Positions 61,780-64,000 of a stretch of 64,000 nucleotides of DNA are shown here, in pieces (positions within the stretch are counted from its first letter, which is position 1; every line of letters starts with the position of its first letter). The stretch comes from the human T2T-CHM13v2.0 reference genome, Homo sapiens, in assembly GCF_009914755.1 (NCBI RefSeq), contig NC_060941.1; one strand, written 5' to 3'. The notes under the pieces were generated by a model, which saw nothing but the letters and a program-made list of their open reading frames with translations, had not been told where the DNA came from and searched no databases. The translations under genes were made by a program, and so were the position numbers.

Positions 61780-64000
61780 ACTTTTATAATTAACTAAAGT
61801 CCATACTTGATTCAGATTTTCTTAGTTTTTAATCAGTTCCCTTTTTCTCTTCCAGGTTCCCATCCAGGATCCCACACTACATTTAACTGTCACACCTCCT
61901 TAGGCTCCTCTTGGCTGTGACAGTTTCTCAGGCTTTCCTAAGTTTGGATGACCTTAACAGTTTTGAGGAGTCCTGGTCATGCATTTTGTAGAATGTCCCT
62001 CTTGGGATTTGTCTGACATTTTTCGCTTATTAAACTGGGGTTATGAGATGTTGAAAGGAAGCCCCAAAGGTCAAGTGCCATTCTCATCACATCATGTCAA
62101 GGGGACCTGCTGTCAACATGCCTTATTACTGTTGATGTTGACCTTGATCAACTGGCTTGAAGTAGTGTGTATCAGGTTTCCCTGCTGCAAAGTTATTCCC
62201 TTCCCCTCCCCATTTCCATGTTGTATTTTTTGGAAGGAAGTCCACTCTGTTCTACCCACACTCAAGGAGTGGAGAGTTATGCTTTATTTACTTTAAGGTG
62301 GGGTGTTTGGTACATAAGTTATTTGGAATTCTTCTATGTAGGAGATTTGCCTATTCTCCCTAATTAATTCATTTGTTCAATGTTTTATTTATATCCATTT
62401 GGACTCATAGATAATTATTTTGTACTTTGGGTTATAATCCAATACTACTTTATTTTGTTGTTCAAATTATTCCAGTTTTGGCCATCGGGAGCTCTTTCAG
62501 CTGGCTCCTGTGTCCCTTTGACATATCCTTATCATTGTGGTTTTTTAAAAAAAATATTGTTTTCAAAACTTCTTTGCTTTCTTGTACCATAAGCTGTTCC
62601 AGGCTCATCTCATTTATTCTCTGCTCCATTCCTAGATGCATCCATTTCTCTAAGGAGCCCTGGTTTATTTTATTATAGAATGGTATTGGAAGCCAAGATA
62701 TGGGTGCTAGGTATGATCATTGATAATGGAAGGCTGTTGCTTGTAGACCCTTTTAGCCATCAGAGTAAGGAAATATATGTGTGTATACTAACCTGTGTAT
62801 ACATACATGTCTATATTATTGTATGTATTCATCTGTGTGTATATTTAACCAAATATGAGCTTATGCTGATTTCTCTCACATTCATGTAGTATCACATGGA
62901 TCATTCTAGCTTCCTTTCCTATCTGTAACTTACTGCTAAATAGTGAGAACCTAGCTTCCATCATCTTCCATGTGTTCTATTAATGGTTCAATTCTGTTGT
63001 TCATGCATAGTGGTTTCTTTGCCTCTGTGGTACATGACTTTCATCAGAGTACAATGCTTATATGCAATTATTTTGCCTTTAGTCTTACAGATAACACTGA
63101 TTTCTAAATGTCTTAGTCTGTTTTCTGCTGCATCACAGAATACCACAGATTGAGTAATTTATAAAGGCAAGAAGTTTATTGGCTTATGATTCTGGAGGCT
63201 GGGAAGTCTAAGATCAAGGGGCTGCCTCTTGTGAGGGCCTTCTTGCTGTGTCATAACATAGTGGAAGGCAAGGAGGGCAGAAGAGGGTGAGAGCATAGAG
63301 CATATGAGACACAGAGAGAATAACGGAGCTGAACTCCCATAACTAACCCATTCCCATGATAACAGCATTAATCCACTCATGAGACAAGCCCTCATGACCT
63401 AATCAGTTATTAAAGTTTCTATCTCTTAATATCATCAAAATGGTAATTAAATTTCAACATGAGTTGTGGACAGGATGTCCAAACCATAGCAACAAAGTAA
63501 TATAGGTCAGCATAGTTCTCTGCACCTCCTTCAGAAAGGTTATTTTATACATTTATAATATAGTCAGATTATTTTGTCACAGTCTGCATTCCACTGTGAA
63601 ATCTCCTGACCACCCAAATGAATTTTTAAAATGTGCAGATATTAAGGTTTACTTTGTGTTGTAAGGCTCTATAGATTTTGACAAATGCAAAATGCTGTGT
63701 ATCCACCATTATATTATCATATAGAATAGTTTTACCACCCTAAAAAAACCCTCCTCTCTTCCAACCCCCGATCTGTTTACTGACTTTCTAGTTCTGCTTT
63801 TTCCAGAATGTCATATGAGTGAAATTTTTTCAGACTGGCTTCTTTCACTAAGCAATATTCATGAAAGATTCATTCATGACTTTGAGTGGCTTGATAGGTC
63901 ATTCCTTTTTATGACTGAATAGTATTCCACTGGATGGATATACCACAGTTTATTTACTTATTACCTGTTGCAGGACAACAATCTTGGTTGCTTCTAGTTA
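61780..64000 (-). mobile_element. L1MC/MD 3' region interrupted by an MST LTR
   Basis: taactaaagtccatact..ttcagatttt...catccaggatcccacactacattta; tattccactggatggatataccacagttt. Confidence 0.75.
63109..63493 (-). mobile_element. MaLR LTR, MST-like
   Basis: tgtcttagtctgttttctgctgc..acagaataccacaga start; aaatttcaacatgagt...caaaccatagca end. Confidence 0.8.

Overview
Repeat-rich, AT-rich human/primate non-coding DNA with no recognisable intact host protein-coding gene, RNA gene or CRISPR array. Much of the window is nested retroelements: about 20 Alu/FLAM/FRAM copies, L1s of many ages, solo LTRs (LTR41-, LTR47-, LTR32-, MLT1-, MER51-, MER21-, LTR49- and MST-like) and MER5B/Tigger1 DNA-transposon remnants. 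Only two ORFs have protein-level meaning. One is the 3' 738 codons of a 5'-truncated L1PA2-type ORF2 (21929-24160, minus strand), opened by an ATG from the flank. The other is a full-length processed RPL7 pseudogene (41623-42459, minus strand) with a C-terminal frameshift. The best unexplained signals are: (i) a 97-bp spacer-less fold-back palindrome inside an MLT1-type LTR (45731-45827) that folds like a pre-miRNA; (ii) an orphan polyadenylated retro-insert (40391-40677); (iii) a 3x51-bp GATA/CCAAT minisatellite (17640-17792); (iv) a CpG-retaining LTR41 with a CTCF motif; and (v) a minus-strand bias of L1s plus several good plus-strand splice signals, suggesting a plus-strand transcription unit. 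I found no clearly new multi-gene system. Repeat subfamily names come from my recall of consensus sequences, not from a search.
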